Under the pieces are notes generated by a model, which was given only the letters and a program-made list of their open reading frames with translations, made no database searches and was not told the origin of the DNA. From Camelus ferus (Eukaryota), in NCBI RefSeq assembly GCF_009834535.1, contig NC_045696.1:118360001-118424000 (forward strand): a stretch of 64,000 nt of DNA, read 5' to 3'. A program made the position numbers and the translations under genes. Positions within the stretch are counted from its first letter, which is position 1. Every line of letters begins with the position of its first letter. Of the stretch, positions 62,068 to 64,000 are shown piece after piece.

Positions 62068-62335
62068 AATTAACTGTCATTTTAAACAAACATATATGCT
62101 AACTTAGAGGTCATTATGGTCTTTTCATTGTTATTACACAATAATGGGAAAATTGTAAAATATTCTGACAAGGGATGTTGTTAAGAGTGTTTGGTATATT
62201 ATTTTCTGTACAACTAATTTCTTTTGTATTGGTATAATTGAATGCATCCTGGTTAGAAACCATGCATTGCTCAGTCACTTCACTCCATCTCTTAGAAAAT
62301 GAAATGACTATCTAATGCTTTTTATGCCTTTGCTC

Positions 62336-62673
62336 TAGGTCAGGGCAAACTACTGCCTGCAGGCCAATTTGACCTGCCATCTGTTTTTGTACAGCTTGTG
62401 AGTTAAAAATGGCTTTTACATTATTAAATGGTTGGAAAAAATATCAAAAGAGAAATAATGTTTTGTGACATACGAAAATTATCTTGAGTTCAGATTTCCA
62501 TGTCCATAAAGAAAGTTTGGTTGGGATGCAGCCACCCCTGTTGGTTTCCTTGCTGCCTGTGGCCGCGCTCATTACACCAGCAGAGCTGCGGAGCTGCAGC
62601 TCAGACCGTGTGACCTGGAAAGCCCAAAATATTTCCCATCTGGCTCTTCACAGGGAAAGTTTGTCAACCCCTC
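62336..62673 (+). mobile_element. MER58B-like hAT DNA transposon
   Basis: Inverted termini ggcaaact...agtttgtc; ttttacattattaaatggttggaaaaaa; aagcccaaaatatttcccatctggc. Confidence 0.85.
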
Positions 62674-64000
62674 ACTGAGCTGATAAAGTCTTCTTTCAGC
62701 AGTACATCAGCATGCTACATTCCTTAAGGGTTATTGGAGGGGAAACTTGCTGTAAGCACGTGTGATGAACTGCTTTACGTTTTGGAACAATAAATCCATG
62801 TCCTTGGCAGGTGATGGGATGAAGTCCTAGGCTTATGGGAGCATCACATTTTGAGCAGAGTGCTTGAATACATTTAAATACCGACATCATGATCATTTTA
62901 TGCAGTGGCCACTTTGTAGTTTATAACTGATTCACAGTATCTGAGAAACTGAGTAATAAAAATGTGAGGGCCGCCATTTTTCAGGTTCACTTATTCATGT
63001 TGCTGTCACGAAATCAAGTCATGAAAATGGCTTAGACAACACAATGACATTTATTTTACCAGTGTCACATGGATGTGACCTCTGAGAAATCATGTTTATT
63101 TGCATTTACCAGTGCATAATATATTCCTAAAAAACATATTTAATGAATCCCTTTTTTATCCTCCCCTTTTTATTCTGTTTCATGATTCTGTCATCTTTTT
63201 AAAAAGAAGTTCAAGAAATTAATATATCACTCCTTCATTCAGTTCTTCTAATCCCTTGGAAAGTTCAGGTCTATTCCTACGTGTGCTGCCTAGTTCAGCA
63301 ACATACTTTTTGTGATAAGACTTTCTCGGTGAAGGAAGCAGTGCATGCATTTATGTAATGGTGTGACATCATTACCCGGCTGCCGTCCTCCAGCAGTTTG
63401 TGGCCTGGCACTGATCTGTGGAACGCACTTTGAGAACCACTAATAAGAGTCCCATTTTATTGGTTATCTCATTTGATCGTATTTGTTAAATGCAAATAGC
63501 ATTCTTTATGATAAGAAATCCTGAAGATAAGGAAGTATTTTACATTAACTCTATCTTTACTCTTTTTTGATTTTACTTTTAGATAGGCTAAGCTATTTAT
63601 TAGCATTGTAGTTCTCATGAACATTACTTTCAAGTTTTTAAAATTGAAGATATTTTATTACAAGTGTTCTGAGGGGTAATCTTTTCTAACTACAATTGGT
63701 ATATGACTGTAGTTCTTAGACTACACATGAATCTCTGTTAAGTATTTGAAGAATGGGCTACAGATGCTATTGATTTAATGACAACTCATTCTATTCCAAC
63801 TAGAAATCAGTAGTATGATTTCATTAAGATAAACATTTTTAACAGATTAATTTAGGATCAGTTCTCTCCAAAGCCAGCAGTTAGACTTTCAGGAGCATGT
63901 TTATTGAAGGCCCTTAGAAGAGGGCTACATACAGTGTTCTGTCTTCCATGTGGTTGTTAGAAACCCTGTCTGAGCTCATGCTTCTACCATACACTGCATG

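Larger units (their letters stand above)
1..64000 (+). other. TBC1D5: Internal portion of the TBC1D5 gene (9 coding exons plus introns); transcription start, start codon and C-terminal exons lie outside the window
   Basis: Nine exons with compatible phases join into a 725-nt open frame matching the recalled TBC1D5 protein from GDSNKNGRR to FEHDGQK. Confidence 0.96.

Noticed and set aside
185..62896. The many 60-200 aa ORFs in the six-frame track as independent genes
   Set aside because: Apart from those overlapping TBC1D5 exons or the L1 endonuclease, they are short, compositionally biased, often inside repeats and match no protein family I recognise
1..64000. CRISPR array, operon, NUMT, rRNA, CpG-island promoter or a new multi-gene system
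   Set aside because: No spaced direct repeats, no prokaryotic-style ORFs, no mitochondrial or rRNA-like text and no extended CpG island were seen; exons, introns and known repeat classes explain the window

Overview
Mammalian genomic DNA, most likely camelid (one tRNA-derived SINE of the camelid vic-1 type; no Alu, B1, Bov-A or PRE-1 seen). The window lies inside the TBC1D5 gene (Rab7 GAP and retromer partner) on the + strand. Nine internal coding exons (12889-61013, 725 nt) splice into one uninterrupted frame covering about G33-K274 in human numbering: LIR motif, VPS29-binding NPL loop, and the catalytic IxxDxxR and YxQ motifs of the TBC domain. The start and the 3' exons are outside the window. 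The rest is intron with old repeats (L1, L2, MIR, MLT1, MER3, MER2B, MER58), simple repeats and repeat-free blocks that may be conserved non-coding elements. I found no evidence of a new multi-gene system. The most notable signals are: a GC-AG intron with a competing GT donor; an in-frame cryptic donor inside an exon; very uneven GC3 between neighbouring exons; an extended CTCF site; a 44-bp palindrome; a recursive-splice-like site; and two L1 5' halves cut at nearly the same point. Repeat family names and human comparisons come from recalled consensus sequences, not searches. Repeat boundaries are approximate.
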